Part shown: positions 1 to 13,599 of the stretch, piece by piece
How positions within the stretch are numbered: position 1 is the stretch's first letter
Layout of the letters: each line of letters begins with the position of its first letter
Assembly: GCF_006345805.1 (NCBI RefSeq)
Contig: NC_043000.1
Span: 73,470,001 to 73,534,000, forward strand
Direction: 5' to 3'
From: Octopus sinensis
Lineage: Eukaryota
Length of the DNA stretch: 64,000 bases
Made by a program: the position numbers and the translations under genes
The notes under the pieces: generated by a model
Seen by the model: the letters and a program-made list of their open reading frames with translations, nothing else
Database searches by the model: none
What the model was told of the DNA's origin: nothing

Positions 1-849
1 GTACAGCAGGGTTGGTGACTTGTACATAGAACATTATAGAAAGTAGTCAGGTATCTAAGAAGAACAATAGTGGGGCATTTTGAGAGGAATCAAGTAGTGG
101 AAGGGTGGCAAAGTAAAGGTGGATGATGGGTAAGAGCAGATACTGGTTGGCAACAAAAGTGTCTGTGAGGAGGAAGAGTGATGGCTTGTAGTACAGAAAG
201 CTGAAGTTAGAGTGTATTGTGTTGAAGGATAAAGATGGTACAATGCAGTTTCTTATACATAAACCTGTGAAAGGATGCGGGTGGACCAATGCAGTCTCTG
301 ATAGATGGGCCTAATGAAGGGCAAAGGAGTCAGAGAGATTATTTGGGTTTGATAATGTCTCTTATATATAGGCCCTTGATTAATTCAGTTCCTTATACAT
401 AGGTTTAGGGAAGGGCAAGGGAGTTAGAATGAGGCAGAAGATATGGAGAGTACTAGTAATAGGGAAATGAGATGAGATATAGTGCTGTGAGTGAGAGAAA
501 GAGGTAGGGTTAAAAGGGAAGGTAAGAGAGCAATAGAATGATGAAGTGCCTCAGATTCTAAAACGCTACTCTGATGTTGGGTATCTTTTGTCGTAGGTAG
601 TTGGATTTCTAATTTATGGAGATCGACTGAACTCAGTGGAATATCTCTCTGGCAGGCTTTGCTCCTCCTTCCTGTAGTTATTGTTTTGGAGGAATAACCT
701 GCCCTCAACTGCATTGCTACATTTGCTCGGAACTGCAGATGGTCACACTGCTTGCGAGCCCCTCCTTATTTGGTATATAATATAAATACATTTACAAGGC
801 TCATGTTCACTATATATCAAACCAGGTATTGCCACCATTTATTGCCTGG

Positions 850-1963
850 TCTACCAATCGGATAATAACTCATCTTCTGGGTCAGCCAATCCACACCGCC
901 TATGTACCTGTTATAATCAAGGTTCACTAATGGGGTGCCATTTTCATCTACACATAGTTGTGCACTGGTAGATGGAAAATTTATCTGTCTTTTATCTGTA
1001 TGTAGTCGCTAGCAAATTTCCTTTCTGCTGATGGATTATTTCACCTCTTTTAATTTTGCTTTTTTATATCGAACAGCAGCCCTTTTCTACTAACAATTAC
1101 TGTAGCACACGTATATGTTGTCACAGCTTCTAAATCCAGTGCAAGTTTGACCGAACTAAAAAATTGGTCAAAAAATAATATCTGGCCCTGGTTATGGTAT
1201 GGAATTGATAAATTCCAGACCACATCATACCCTAGGCCATGCTGACTAACATTATTGTTTCTTTTTCCCTGTATAAAAACTAAATCCACAGCAGTACCCC
1301 ATTTTGTGGGTTTTCCTAGCGTATACAGTTTGTTTCTGCAGTGATCACTTCAAACAAGCATACTGGAAAAAATACGAAAACAGTCTAACAGTTTCACTTA
1401 CTGAGAAAGACTATGGGTAGACCCCGTCTCCCCAGAAAATTTGTTAATAAAAACATTTTTAGACTTTTTACTCCATTCTGATGTAAAATCGTCTTTGCTG
1501 TCGCTATCGCTGCTTTCAGTTTCTTCAGAATCACTGCTTTCAGTTTCGGATACAGAAATATCTGATTCATTCCCGTACACCACATGCTTTTGTACCTCAT
1601 TCATTCTTTTTCTTGATATCTTCATATCTCCCATTAAAAAACCTTCAAATTCAGAATTACTGTTTGGTAGTATGAAACTCCTATCCATTTTCAAAGTTGG
1701 AAAAAAATCAGTGCCAAAAAATTGTGGAAAAAAAATCTCCCAAAATTCACTAAGTTCAGATATCATGTTAAATAATGTTGGCTATTATAACTCAACTATT
1801 TACAAAGTGAAATCATATGTTTTCACAAATGTACTAATGAGATTTGCGTTCAAATTTACATTTAAATAACAATGGGTACTCTTGGCTGGCTACGGCCAAG
1901 TTGGCCTTATGAACCAAAAAACTTTTCGGCCGTCTACAGCCAGGTTGGTATCGAAAGGGTTAA
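850..1963 (-). mobile_element. Degenerate piggyBac DNA transposon (5' end plus transposase fragments)
   Basis: The minus-strand end reads TTAA-CCCTTTCGATACCAACC (TTAA at 1960-1963). ORF 1398-1766 gives the acidic N-terminus (ESDSEETESSDSDSKDDF). ORF 1050-1289 has GLGYDVVWNLSIPYHNQGQILFFDQFFSSVKLALDL, the piggyBac/PGBD D-N/Q-F-F-S-S motif. Frameshifted; left boundary approximate. Confidence 0.8.
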
Positions 1964-2049
1964 AGTTTTCAAATTATATCTGTTGTCTCTGGTCATTTTA
2001 CATGGAAAAATTGAGTATGCTTTCTTTATTCAATTGAGTATTTCCTTAT

Positions 2050-5000
2050 TCAATCAGAATTGGGTTGAAGTGTTTCCAGTGCATTGATAGAAAAGGAAAA
2101 TTTAGTATTTCAGGTTTGTGTCTGTGGGGCATTAATAAGTGTTTCCTTATGAAAATTTTCCTGATTGTCAGGTCCCGGATCTGTTGCCTGTGTACTGTCG
2201 ATCTGCCCTTCAAGATCAAGCTAGTATGACCTATGTAGTCCTCATTACATCCACCACATTTGGCACAGATAAGGTAAGATTCTCAACTGAAGAATTAGCC
2301 AAAGAAAATGCCAAAACAACCCTCAGGGAGTTGGGAAAGTAAAGGTGGCAGAGGTGCCATCAGAAGTGGACATCTCTTTGCTTGTAGCAGCTGTATTATA
2401 TGGCATAGAGGACAAAGTAAAATTCTACAAGTGTACAAAATGAGGAAAAAGAATTGGTCAGGCACAGGCATGGAACTGTTTATTCTTGCTTATTTGGCCA
2501 CTGCTGGAAACATCCCTGACCTGATCAACCTACCTAGTGGAACACAACTATTTGTAGTAGTAGAGGACAGAAAAGCAAGGTACCACACTTATGGTAAAAC
2601 AAACCATTTAAAGGTTTTCTGCTCCATGCAAAGAAAAGAATAAACCCTGCTGCTGCAAACACCTTCAACACAACAACACCTAAAGCATCAGTGCTAAGAG
2701 CAGCTGCATCCAAAACCAAAACAACAACAGCATCAGCAGAAAGAGCAGCAGGAGAAATCCATTCAGCAACATCAGCAGCAAGGACTGATACCACACCCAA
2801 GGAAAACTATAAAAGAAAAACACACCATCACACTTGAGAAAAGTGACACCAGTTGACCAGGCCACCAGCCTAGAAATGCTGACTGTGAAAACTTGTCTAG
2901 TGAGGAAAACAGTTTTATAAACCCTGTAGAATGGATCACGGTGAAAGGAAAAAGGTAAAAATTAGAAAATGAAAAGCACAGTGCAAAACTAAAATCAAGG
3001 AGATTAGAGGAGGAGACACAGAAACCAACAAACTATCACAAACCCACACATCTCACACCAATGCAATTACAAACATCTCTGACACTACAAACACACTGAC
3101 ATCACAAACACCTCAACAAAGGAAAGCACATAGCATTCCAGATCAGCAATATGAACAGCACTACCAAGGCATCATAAATTACATGGCCATAGACACAAAC
3201 AACAAGAATTTAATAAAACATTCAAAAATACACAGACATTACTCTAAATGAATACTGCCCCCACATCACTCTAAATGCACCCCTTCGTAAAATCCCTATT
3301 CACATAGAAATTATGAAACTAGGGCAGCAAACTTACAACAAATTAAAAGCAAAATATCCCAAAGGAATGGGAGATTTCCATGGGACCATAAATAAAAGGC
3401 ACTACCAAGAAATGCTTGTGGAGACACCCACAAAAAGCCAAGACAGAAATCTGTCTCTGCACAAAATATAGAGTAAGTGATTCTTTTTATTCTCCTCTCT
3501 GACAAGCATGGCATTGCTCAGAATAGACAGTATAAATTCATGTGGCTTGGGGCTACCTTAGAACCAGGGCCACCTATTCAATGACCTCAGGTCACCAAGT
3601 TTAGATGTAGTGGCTATCAGTGAAACCAGACTCTCTAACCAACATACTGGATATGTGATTTACTATGGGAAGGTGGAACTGCAGTGTTGTTCCAGAGAGG
3701 TCTGAATCTGAAAAGGACTATATTCCTGGATCCAGATGGTAAGTTGATAGTCCTGGATATGAGCAGTAGTGACAGAGGTGCCTTCAGACTGGTGGTTATT
3801 TATGCTCTGACGGGCAGGACAGCCAGATTTCTTCAGACATTTGGAGGTTTTCCTTGGATCATCTAAGCTTTTAGCGCTAATGGGTGATTGGAACACCATT
3901 TTGAATGCACATTTGAATTGTGTTGGGGCTAACTGTTAGAAGTGTGAGATGCAAAAGCCTTGCAAAACTACTCAGACGTTTTCAACTGTCTTACAGGTAC
4001 TAACTGTATTTCCCAAATGCACCAGTGTGGACATGGACAAATTACATCTAGGTCATATCTATAATATTTTGTAGGCCAGCAGATAAGGATAGTATAAGTT
4101 GTTCACTTTTTAAAATCTGCACAGTCAACTTAGATATACTTAATAGGCAGGGACCCAGTTACTGGAAGCTGAATACATCATTCCCAGCATACCAGACTTA
4201 CAGAGACTGTATTAGCAAATTAGCTAAACAGGCATTGATGGCATCAGTTATCAACAACAAATGATGACTGGCCCTGAAAAAGGTAAATAGAGTAGAATTA
4301 ATTAGGTTTAATAAGGCATTAGTGATAGAAAGAAATAGAATAGAGGGAAACTTAGAAGAGGTACTTAAGAAAAGTAGTGTAACCAACATGCTAATGGTGA
4401 GCTTGGCCCTGGACTAATGCTAAGCATGAAGAATGCATTGTCAGAGCTATTGTGTGTGCTCTGAGAAACAAAGGAATGAAAGCTACTCAATGGACCTGAG
4501 TGGCAGAGGCACAACATGGCAATAAAGCCACAATTTGGTCTTTGGTTGACCAAAATGGATGCATAGTACTTGAGTGCAAGCAGATGTGTGCAGCACTTCA
4601 CCCAACTATTTTAGACAAATGGCAAGCTAGAATGCAGGATGAATTTCAGTGCCTACCTCAACAGCATGCCATGAATTTCAGTAACAAATAACAGCCACAG
4701 AAATACAGGATGCAATGATAGGTTACATGGGGCGGAAATTGCTTGGTATGAATGATCTGCTCCATGAGCTTTATTTTTATATGCCAGACTTGTTTGCAAC
4801 CTTTTAGTAGGACAAGAGAATTTCTAGTTCTATGTGTTGAGGAGTGGTGCATTGCCAAGAAGGGACCCAAACCAGGTGGTATCAAATAGAAAATTTTAGG
4901 CCCATAATGCTGCTGAATGCAGATTTTGGCCTAGGTGTTTACAAGGAGATTGGCACTTGTTGAAAAACTGATTGATGATATGCAATCCCAAGCAGATCCA

Positions 5001-6960
5001 TCCACAACAACTTTATACAACACATCATAGACAATGGTGGGTAAAGAAGTTGGCATTAGTGGGGCCCTGATCAATTTGGATCAGTCCAAAGCTTTTAATA
5101 GGGTTGATCACCAATACTTTACAGCCTTTCTCACAGTAGCCAGTTTTGGCCTTGTTTACTGTGGCTGGATTGCTACAACACACAGTAACATCTGCTCAGT
5201 AGTTCAGGTGTATGAATACCTATCAAAACCATTCAGCATCATACACTTAATCTGTTAAGGATTGTCCTTTCTTGTCTCTTCTGTATGAATTGACTTTAAA
5301 TCCACTATTGTGGAAATTGGATGTATTGAGAGGCATCCCATATGATATAGGTCATGGGAGAACCATGTCAACATACACAGATAACATTACAACCATAATG
5401 TCAAACACCAAGCGCATAGACCTGACCTAGTCAGTACTGCCTTAAAAGAAATGATGTGGTGACAGGAGTAAAAATTAACCAAGAAAAGTCAGTGGACCAG
5501 CAGCTAGGTACCTGGAGAGATAGGTCCATGCTGTCTAATAATGTCATGGCTTGCTAGACAGAGGGACCAGTTAAATTGCTCAGGATATGGTTTGGTCCAG
5601 ATATCTAGATGGGTAAGAACTGGGTTGAGGTGACAAACAGGGTAGCCAATCTAATCCAAAAATGCATGAGACTGCTTACATTGCTTCCATCATATGTTTC
5701 TGCCTGGCCTTCGTGCCTTGCCCCAGTTTATGTCTGGCTAAATTGGAACACATACTCTTCTACTTTCTGTGGAAGGAATGCATTCCAATGGTCAGGTGCC
5801 CCATTTGCTGTCAAAACCCAGCTGAATGGAGGGCTGGGCATTCTATGGCTGCTGATGTGCAGACATGTACAGAGACTATGATATCTCCAGTGTTTCCTTG
5901 ACAGTGAGCAGGTGTGATCACTATTTGTCAAACAGGATTCTCCACAGCTTGTCTCTTTGACTGAGCTGCAGTCTTGGATCAAGCATAGACTGAGGCAGGG
6001 CACCTGAAACCTAGAGTATCCTCAGGCACTCACAGTCTTGCGTTATTCAAGCTATTCAATTGGTGGAAGTTCCACTCTGGCATCATAGAAGGTTAGTTGC
6101 AGGCAATTGCAACAATATTCTCAGAGAGACTTTGGGTGTCAATGAGAATCATTTGGCTGGTCTGTTCTGGGGGACTTTAGGGCAGGGGGCCTATAGATAA
6201 TTTCCAGAAATCCTTCGCTTAGCAGTACTACCAGAGAGCATTACCTATTCAGGATAAACTTTACAGGCACGGAAGTGCCGTCATCAATAAAACTGTTCTG
6301 CATGCCCTCATCTAGTGCCCAAAAATTGCTGACTTGTGGGTTTATGTCAAACATCTGCTGTCACATGTAGGGTGAATCTAGCTTTCAGTTGAATCCATTG
6401 TGAAGACTGTCTTGCTGCCTTCCTTTGGCCAGGAAGGGTAGACAGTTTTCTTCTTTTTTTGTCTGGGGTCCTTATCAAAAGAGGTTATGTGGTGGACCAG
6501 ATTTAAAGGGCCAAAGACAGATACTTTTCTCTTTGGCCAAATACTTATCAACTTTTTCAAGTTTCACTTGAAAAGAAAACCGAGAAAAGAGAGGGAAGTG
6601 CTGCTTTCCAACAATTTGTTAAGAGATTGGTGAATATTGCATGAATGAGCCTACTTGAGGCATGTGCCTGTAGGTTGGAGAAGAACAATGTGGAGGGGGC
6701 ACTTGCCTTTGTGGTTAGAGTGACCATGGTTTTGTGGGGTCTCCATGAACAGCTGTAAGAAATCTCCTTTAAAGGAATTATTCATTGTTATAATCTTGTT
6801 TTGTTACTAATTTTTACCTTTTACATGCTACCACATTGTATTGCCCTGTACCATTCCCAATGTTTTTTGTGAACTCTTGGTGATTAATGAAGAAAGCATT
6901 ATTATTATTATTATTATCATCATCATCATCATCTCCACAACTACTAACAACAACAATGTA
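2050..6960 (+). mobile_element. Decayed Tx1/L1-group LINE (ORF1 plus EN-RT ORF2)
   Basis: Degenerate CCHC knuckle (VEDRKARYHTYGKTNHLKVFC, ~2560-2625). APE start at ~3530-3630 (INSCGL...LDVVAISETRL), DPDGKLIVLD...FRLVVIYA, and RT motif LINLDQSKAFNRVDHQY (5034-5258). Ends at an (ATT)n/(ATC)n tract near 6900. Many stops and frameshifts. Confidence 0.8.
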
Positions 6961-7059
6961 GGGACAAGGCCAAAAATCTGTGGGAAGAGGAACTGTCAAT
7001 TAAGTCAACCCACAGATGATTTAATCAATTAAATTAATAGAGGTTGATTTAGGTTTACA

Positions 7060-8940
7060 TAGCAAAAGGAATAGTAGAGGGTAAGAGCTTTGCCAATGTT
7101 CTATAGCATGAGGTGTTCAGGATCGCAAAGCAGTGTATCAGAGAGAATAGGGATGTGCTGGGGAAGAAATGTGCATGAATGGATAATGGTATATTTGCAC
7201 TTAATGACTCAGTGAAAAAAGATGCATGGAAGTACCACTATGAAAGGTTGCTAAATGTGAAAAATGCATGGGAAAAGGAGAGTTTCAAATATTGAACCAA
7301 CTGAGGGATCAGCCACCAGAGTTGATAGCAGTATAATAGATAAGGCAATTAAAGATATGAAAACAGGAAAGCCCCTCAAGACCATCAAGAATCACTGCTG
7401 AGTTGATTAAAATATCTGGTGGTGTAGGATACAGCCTACTCACTTGTATAGTTAATCAGGTTATTCAGGAAGGTGTCATCCCCACTGACTAGTGTAGTAG
7501 TATTATAGTTAGCTGCTACAAGGATAAAAGTGATGCCTTAGATATAAACAACTACAGAGGCATCAAACTGCTGGTTTGGGTCATGAAAATTACAGGGTGA
7601 TTTATAGCTCAATTGGTTAGGAATAGGTTTAAACTGAGATGCAGTTTGCCATCTTCCTAGTGAGACAGCTGCAAGAAAAGTATTTGGCCAAAAGTAAACA
7701 CTTGTACTTGGCTTTCCTTGACTTGGAAAAAGTTTTTGACAGAGTCCCTCATTTTGTTTTCTGGTGGTCTCTAAGGAAGTTAGGAGTAGAGGAGTGGTTT
7801 TTTAGAGCTATACAAGCCATGTACAGCAGTGTTGTCAGTATGGTGAGAGTTGGCCATGAATGTACAGGGATGAATTTAGTGTACAAGCAGAGGTTCACCA
7901 GGGTCCAGTTCTCAGTCCATTCCTATTCACCATAGTCCTCCAGGCCATAACCGAGGAATTCAAAACTGGATTGGATGCCTGTGGGAACTATTCTATGCTG
8001 ATGACCTTGCTCTTATTGTGGAATCTGTAGCAGAATTGGAGAAGAAATTCCAGGTATGGAAGCAAAACATGGAATCAAAGAGCCTTAAAGTTAACCTGAT
8101 AAAGACCAAAGTTGTTATTTGCAAGAAAGCCGATAAGAGTTTATCTTTCTATCAGGTAAATGGCCTTGCTCAATATGTAGGAAAGGAATTGGAAGTAATT
8201 CCATTCACTGCATCCAATGTAAGCTATGGACACATAAGAGGTGCAGTGGAATCACAGATAAATTAACAGATAAAGTCATCTTCATATATGCAGATGTGCA
8301 GGAACAATAAGCACTAAGGACACACAGGATTTAGACTCTCAAATGCCCAGGAGGCTCTCTTGAGGTAATAGATAATTCTGTTACCTAGGTGACCAAATTA
8401 GCAATGGTGGACAATGTTCTAAAAGTATTGTTTCTAGAGCAAGAATAGGATAGAGGTGGTTCAGAGAGCTATTGCCTATGTTAGCAACAAAAAGGCTCTC
8501 TCTCAGAGTGAAAGGTAGATTGTATGATGCCTGTGTACAAATGGCTATACTCCATGTAGTGAGACATGGGCTCTGAATCCAGAAGGCATGCCTAGACTAG
8601 AGAGGAATGAATGCAGTATGTTTTATTGGATGTGCAACATCAGTGTGTATGTAAGACGAAGTGCAAATGTGTTAAGAGAAAAGTTGGGGATAGGAAGAAT
8701 TAGGTGCAGCATGCAAGAGAGAAGATTATGTTAGTTTGGACATGTGATGCATATGAATGTAGACAGCTGTACAGAGAAGTGCTGATTGCTGAAAATGGAT
8801 GGCACCTGCCAAAGAGGGAGACTCAGGAAGACATGGAATGAAGTAGTGTGGATCAGTCTCAGGATGTTAGGCCTCATGGAGGAGATGGCAATGGACTGAG
8901 ATGTCTTGTGATATGAGGTTCTTGAGAAGTTATAGAAGCA
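7060..8940 (+). mobile_element. 5'-truncated, decayed RTE-clade LINE
   Basis: AIFLVRQLQEKYLAKSKHLYLAFLDLEKVFDRVP (7639-7935), YADD motif near 7995 and GTCQRGRLRKTW near 8800. Homologous to the other RTE copies in the window. Confidence 0.9.
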
Positions 8941-8989
8941 CTGTTTTCTACTCACATATCACAATAAAACTTATCACATACCCTATCCC

Positions 8990-9480
8990 AATAAGTATAT
9001 GCATCTCTTCTCTTCCTCACATTTCCTCTTTTCATGCACTATGCTGATCTCTTGCTCCCTAATTATGTCCTCACTGCTCTGCTTACTGTATCATTGCTAT
9101 TCTGTAGTCCCTCACTCCCTCTATATACCCAGATTTCACCAGTCACTGCATCTTCCCCAGTTCTTGCATCCATGTGAAGTCTCTACTCCCTACCCACACA
9201 CCATGGGCAATACCCTGCCGTTTATATTCTGAACCCCATACCCTGAGATTAAGCCCAGGCATTTCACCACTATCTCTCTCTCTCTTGCTCTACTCTACCA
9301 TTTATATTCTGATCCATTCCTTGTAAGTATGCCTCCATCTCTCCCGTATTCTCTTCCGCTCTGTCTCTCTTTCTCTCACTCTCTTCCTCTGGCTAGGTAA
9401 TCATGTATCTACTCTACAGCAACACACCTGTTTCTGTCCTAACCGTTCATCATCTGGCACAAGATCACCTCCTTCAAGCT
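8990..9480 (-). repeat. Interspersed repeat fragment related to 22530-23170 (RTE-associated 3' sequence)
   Basis: 9421-9472 resembles the reverse complement of 22555-22620 (gatcttatgtcagatgatgaaaggttaa...agaaacagatgt). CT-rich. Confidence 0.45.
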
Positions 9481-9652
9481 ACAATGTAATGCATGATTAA
9501 TTCAAAATAATGTGAATATATAATAAACATTACATTCAACAGAATTTCTCAAAATTGCTGGCCTATTGCCTAAATTGGAGGTTATTGTAATATTTTGTCC
9601 AAGCAAGATTGGCCAGATAATAATGGTAATATTATTTATTTACTTTGGAAAG

Positions 9653-9812
9653 GTGAGAATATTACACATGGTTTATCATGGGCTGCTGTTTCTGAAAGGG
9701 TTGGTACAAGATCTGAGAAACAGTGCCGTACCAAGTGGTTGAACTATCTTAACTGGAAACAGCAAGGAGGTGCTGAATGGACAAGACTTGATGATATCAA
9801 CTTAATATTAAA
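9653..9812 (+). CDS. DMTF1: DMTF1-like Myb transcription factor, internal exon (Myb repeat)
   Basis: AG at 9651-52 and GTAAGT at 9813. Encodes [54 protein letters not shown], which closely matches vertebrate DMTF1 as recalled ([36 protein letters not shown]...INLILR). Confidence 0.95.
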
Positions 9813-9879
9813 GTAAGTTTTACTAAATTTGAAAGTAAAGTTACATTTTGAAATTATTTGTTTTGAACAGAATACATTC

Positions 9880-10099
9880 CTAATCTTTTTGATACTAATC
9901 TGCCTGAAACTGCCTCCTTGTTTTAAAGTGATCTTAATTAAACCCTTCCATCAGAATTTCATGCTACTTTATGTTTCAAATACTACCTTAATAATGACAA
10001 AGTTTTTTATTTATTTTTTTTTTTTATAAATTCTTTATTTTCAATATTAATTGAAATGGAGACTATATTTCAACAAAAGTGTGGTGACAAAAGGGTTAA
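9880..10099. mobile_element. piggyBac-type MITE in a DMTF1 intron
   Basis: Begins TAATCTTTTTGATACTAATCTG and ends GTGACAAAAGGG-TTAA. The ends resemble the piggyBac terminus at 1940-1963. Confidence 0.55.
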
Positions 10100-10283
10100 G
10101 GTTGTTTCTTGGAGACATGTTGAGCATAAAGGTTTCATTATATTGTTTCTATATTTGTCATTTGTATAGTTATTGTTTATATTTCCTGTTATGATGAAGC
10201 AGCTTGTGAACAAACATAAAATCAATCTTGAACAATTAAAAGTAATGCAAAAGATTTCAGAGATTTAAAAATTTTTTATACAG

Positions 10284-10352
10284 GATGTCATCATCATCTG
10301 TAACAGATGAAACACAAATTGATTGGAATGAATTAGCCAAAGATTGGCCCAG
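10284..10352 (+). CDS. DMTF1: DMTF1-like exon
   Basis: TTTTTATACAG acceptor and GTAATT donor; phase 2 on both sides. Encodes MSSSSVTDETQIDWNELAKDWP, compare DMTF1 VADENDINWDLLAEGW. Confidence 0.92.
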
Positions 10353-10640
10353 GTAATTTTCCGCCATTGTTTGAATAGTATAGTATTAGATTTCACTATC
10401 TAAATATTCAAATCATATTGCTATAATAACCTCTTTACAATGCTATAGAGTTTCTGAGTTGCAGTTTTGTCGTAATCTCTTCATCAAATGATATCTCTGT
10501 TTCTCAAATACCTTAAAAATTGTTAAATAGTCAATTTTCATTGCTTTGGAACTATTGATTATAAATCCCATTAAACAAGATAAGCAATGTTTACATTCTG
10601 TACTTTCATTATAATTGGTTTTATTCCTGTTATTACTTAG

Positions 10641-10723
10641 TGTTCGGTCCCCACAATGGCTGCGAGGCAAGTGGTGGTCTCTAAAAAGGCATGTCCCTGA
10701 CTATCAAGTACTCCCATTTTCTG
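10641..10723 (+). CDS. DMTF1: DMTF1-like exon
   Basis: TTACTTAG acceptor and GTAATT donor. Encodes SVRSPQWLRGKWWSLKRHVPDYQVLPFS, compare DMTF1 SVRSPQWLRSKWWTIKRQI. Confidence 0.93.
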
Positions 10724-13599
10724 GTAATTATATATATGTGTTATTTTTATTTCTTTAGTCCTTTAATCCTTTTGAAGAATATCTTGAAACAACAACATCT
10801 AGGTGTCTGGAAAAGTATTGCTGTGTCAGTTTCTTGGTGCATTATTTCCAATGTTTTCACCATTAGCAATCACCATAACAGTGATTAAGAAACGTGACAA
10901 TTCTAAACTTTTTTTTTGTTGAAAGTTTAGTATCTACCATTATTGGCCTTAGGAAGCTAATTTACTGTGTAAAAATGTTTATAAAAAACATTAAGTGGTG
11001 TAGGTGATGAAGATTGATAATTTAATTATAAAAGGGTACTGACTGCATTTTTAATTATTGAAAAAAATGAGTTTGTTTTAGCACCTGCTTCATCTTTAAA
11101 TTATCAAATAGTCTATTTTGTAGGTCTTAAATCAGTTTAAATGAACACAAATGCATAAAAATAATTTTTAATTCCATTAGATATTCTAAAATACTATTAA
11201 ATTTCATTCAATTTTAAAAAAGGTAAAATCAGACAGAACTTATGGGATGACCTGATAATAATGATAATGGGACTTTCACTATGCAAAGTGTGATGTGTAT
11301 GTTACATTAAGTATATGTGTATTTATGAGACTAATGCAATAAAATAACAAGTAAAATAATTTTTGCCATTTATAATACCAAAAACAAAATATTCTTTATT
11401 ATGCATGTAATATTTATTAATTATAGTTAAAAATATTTCAAATTCTAGAATAATGTAATAAGAAAATAATCAATATTCATTTGCATAAATGTTCGTAGAA
11501 AAAGTTTTTTTTAAACCCAATATATATGTATGAAATATAAAAGAAGTAAAAAGAAATGTTATATACAGCCAGAACATGCCTTGGATTCGCTTAGATTTCA
11601 TAATTTTTCTTATTCCTCTCTAATGTAATATCAGTTTGTTCAAGCATATTTTATTTGACCAAATATGAATTAGCAATGTAAAATGTCTTACAGAGAAGCA
11701 GCTAGAATACAGCAATAAACAAGAAGACAAATGGCATAAAATGCTGAATAACATAGAGAAGCACAGCCACAACTTCCTTCAAATCAACAAGAACATATTG
11801 TGGCTCAAAATGCTGAACAAAATAAAGCAGCATGATTGTAAGTTTCTTGAGAGCAGCAAGAACTTCTGTTTGCATAAAATGCTGAACATCATAGAACAGC
11901 AAATCTTATTCAAAAACAGCCTGAACATATTTTAGATCAAGATGCTGAATAGCATTGTCAAGTATACCAGCAACATTCTTAAGGACAAAGCCAGCAACTA
12001 AGAGCTCAGAATATAACTAATTGATGAAACAAGCAAATAAGAATAGTCAATGTTGCAAGACAGCATGATATTGACTCGATCATATCAGTAGCTGTCAATG
12101 TAACCTGTCAGAGTTGTGGCTTCATAACACACAAACATTCATTGGAAAGTGTCCTGGAGAAATGTTGTCCTAATCTGATTATGGTATTTGCTGTAAAATA
12201 TGATTTAATACTTGTACCAGATTGATCTGATTTACTATATCATTTGTTCATACTTAACTCAACAAAACAAAATATTTAAGAAGAAACATTCAACATTCAG
12301 TGCTTGACTGAGTGTAACATGAAAATGAATGATGCTACATTGCTCAACGGTTTTCCTTTTCATTTACTATCTTGTGATAGTTTTAAGAAGCGCTTATTTA
12401 CTATCATTCCTATCTATTCAAGAACAAATTGATACCAGAAAATACTTTCTATTAGGCTATATACTGACAAAAACCCAGATGGTAAACGCTCAAGAATGTA
12501 TAGTTTGTTTACATGAGGTTGCTGCATTGATTCCTAATAATGACAAGGAAATACATCAAATTGAGTAGAGAACAATGTCTCCAAATATTTAGCAATTCAT
12601 CAATCCTATGATCCCTATGACGTGTCCATATATTTTCTTAGTGGCTTAGCTGGAGGGCAACTCAATATACTGAACCAAAGTTTTAAAAAGTTTGGAAAAG
12701 TTACATGTCTTTAATTTCATTCTTTTGGGATAATATATTGTATTGTGAATACATCTATTCTAGTAGTTTTGTGTAGAGCTTGCCAAAGTCTTATCTGCTC
12801 ATTTGTTGTGTATTCAAAACCAGCTCTATGAGATCTGTATAATGGTCTGGTGGCTTGCAGGCTGTGCTAATCAGACTGGAAGATCATACTTTCCCCAAAA
12901 TTGGTTGTCCAAAATATATGGTAAAGCACTACCAAGACATGATGGCTATCATTAAAAAAATTGAAAAAGAACCATCATTAATTGTGATTTTTATTTGCAA
13001 TGGAAAGTGAGAAGAAATTACAAGAGGACTCAATGCAGATAAAACCAGTGGAGATTGTCTTGATATAACTCCTGAAGTTTTCTAAGTGAAGCAGCAGCAA
13101 GTTCTACAAGACTTCAAGTCTAGTATTTTTGGAAAATTAATGAGACATGTGAGCACAATTGAATTTCAGAAAATCTTATAATTTTTTTTATAATAGTAGA
13201 TAAAGCATCACAAAACATTACAAGAAATTGACTAAAATTGTCTCTTCTGAACTCTTTTCAAATAATGCATAGTTGGTTTTTAGAGTTTGATGAAGTGCAT
13301 GATTCATGAACCAGAATGCAATTTCACTTTGCATGTTGTATGGCTATTGCAGCAAGAATTACTCCTTGAGGTTCTATTCACAAACACCTAGTGTTGGAGG
13401 CTGTTGCTCATTATATCATTGGTGAAATCCAACTGAAAGTGGTCATACTGCTAATGTGTGAGTTCAGAATAGGGACATTGAAATGGCAATTGACATATAG
13501 TTCCTTGTAATGCTTTCAGTGACTTAAAAGCCTGCATAATTGCCGAATGGTACATATCTGTCAAAGCTATCAACTATCTATATAGTGGTAAGAAACTCT

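Noticed and set aside
1-760. Possible minus-strand retroelement fragment (YYKP..TD-like motif in ORF 47-289)
   Set aside because: Too degenerate to assign from sequence alone.
11700-11950. Spaced AAAATGCTGAA repeats resembling a CRISPR array
   Set aside because: The repeats are short and degenerate, the context is eukaryotic with no cas genes, and they fit the repetitive N-terminal coding region of the Helitron.
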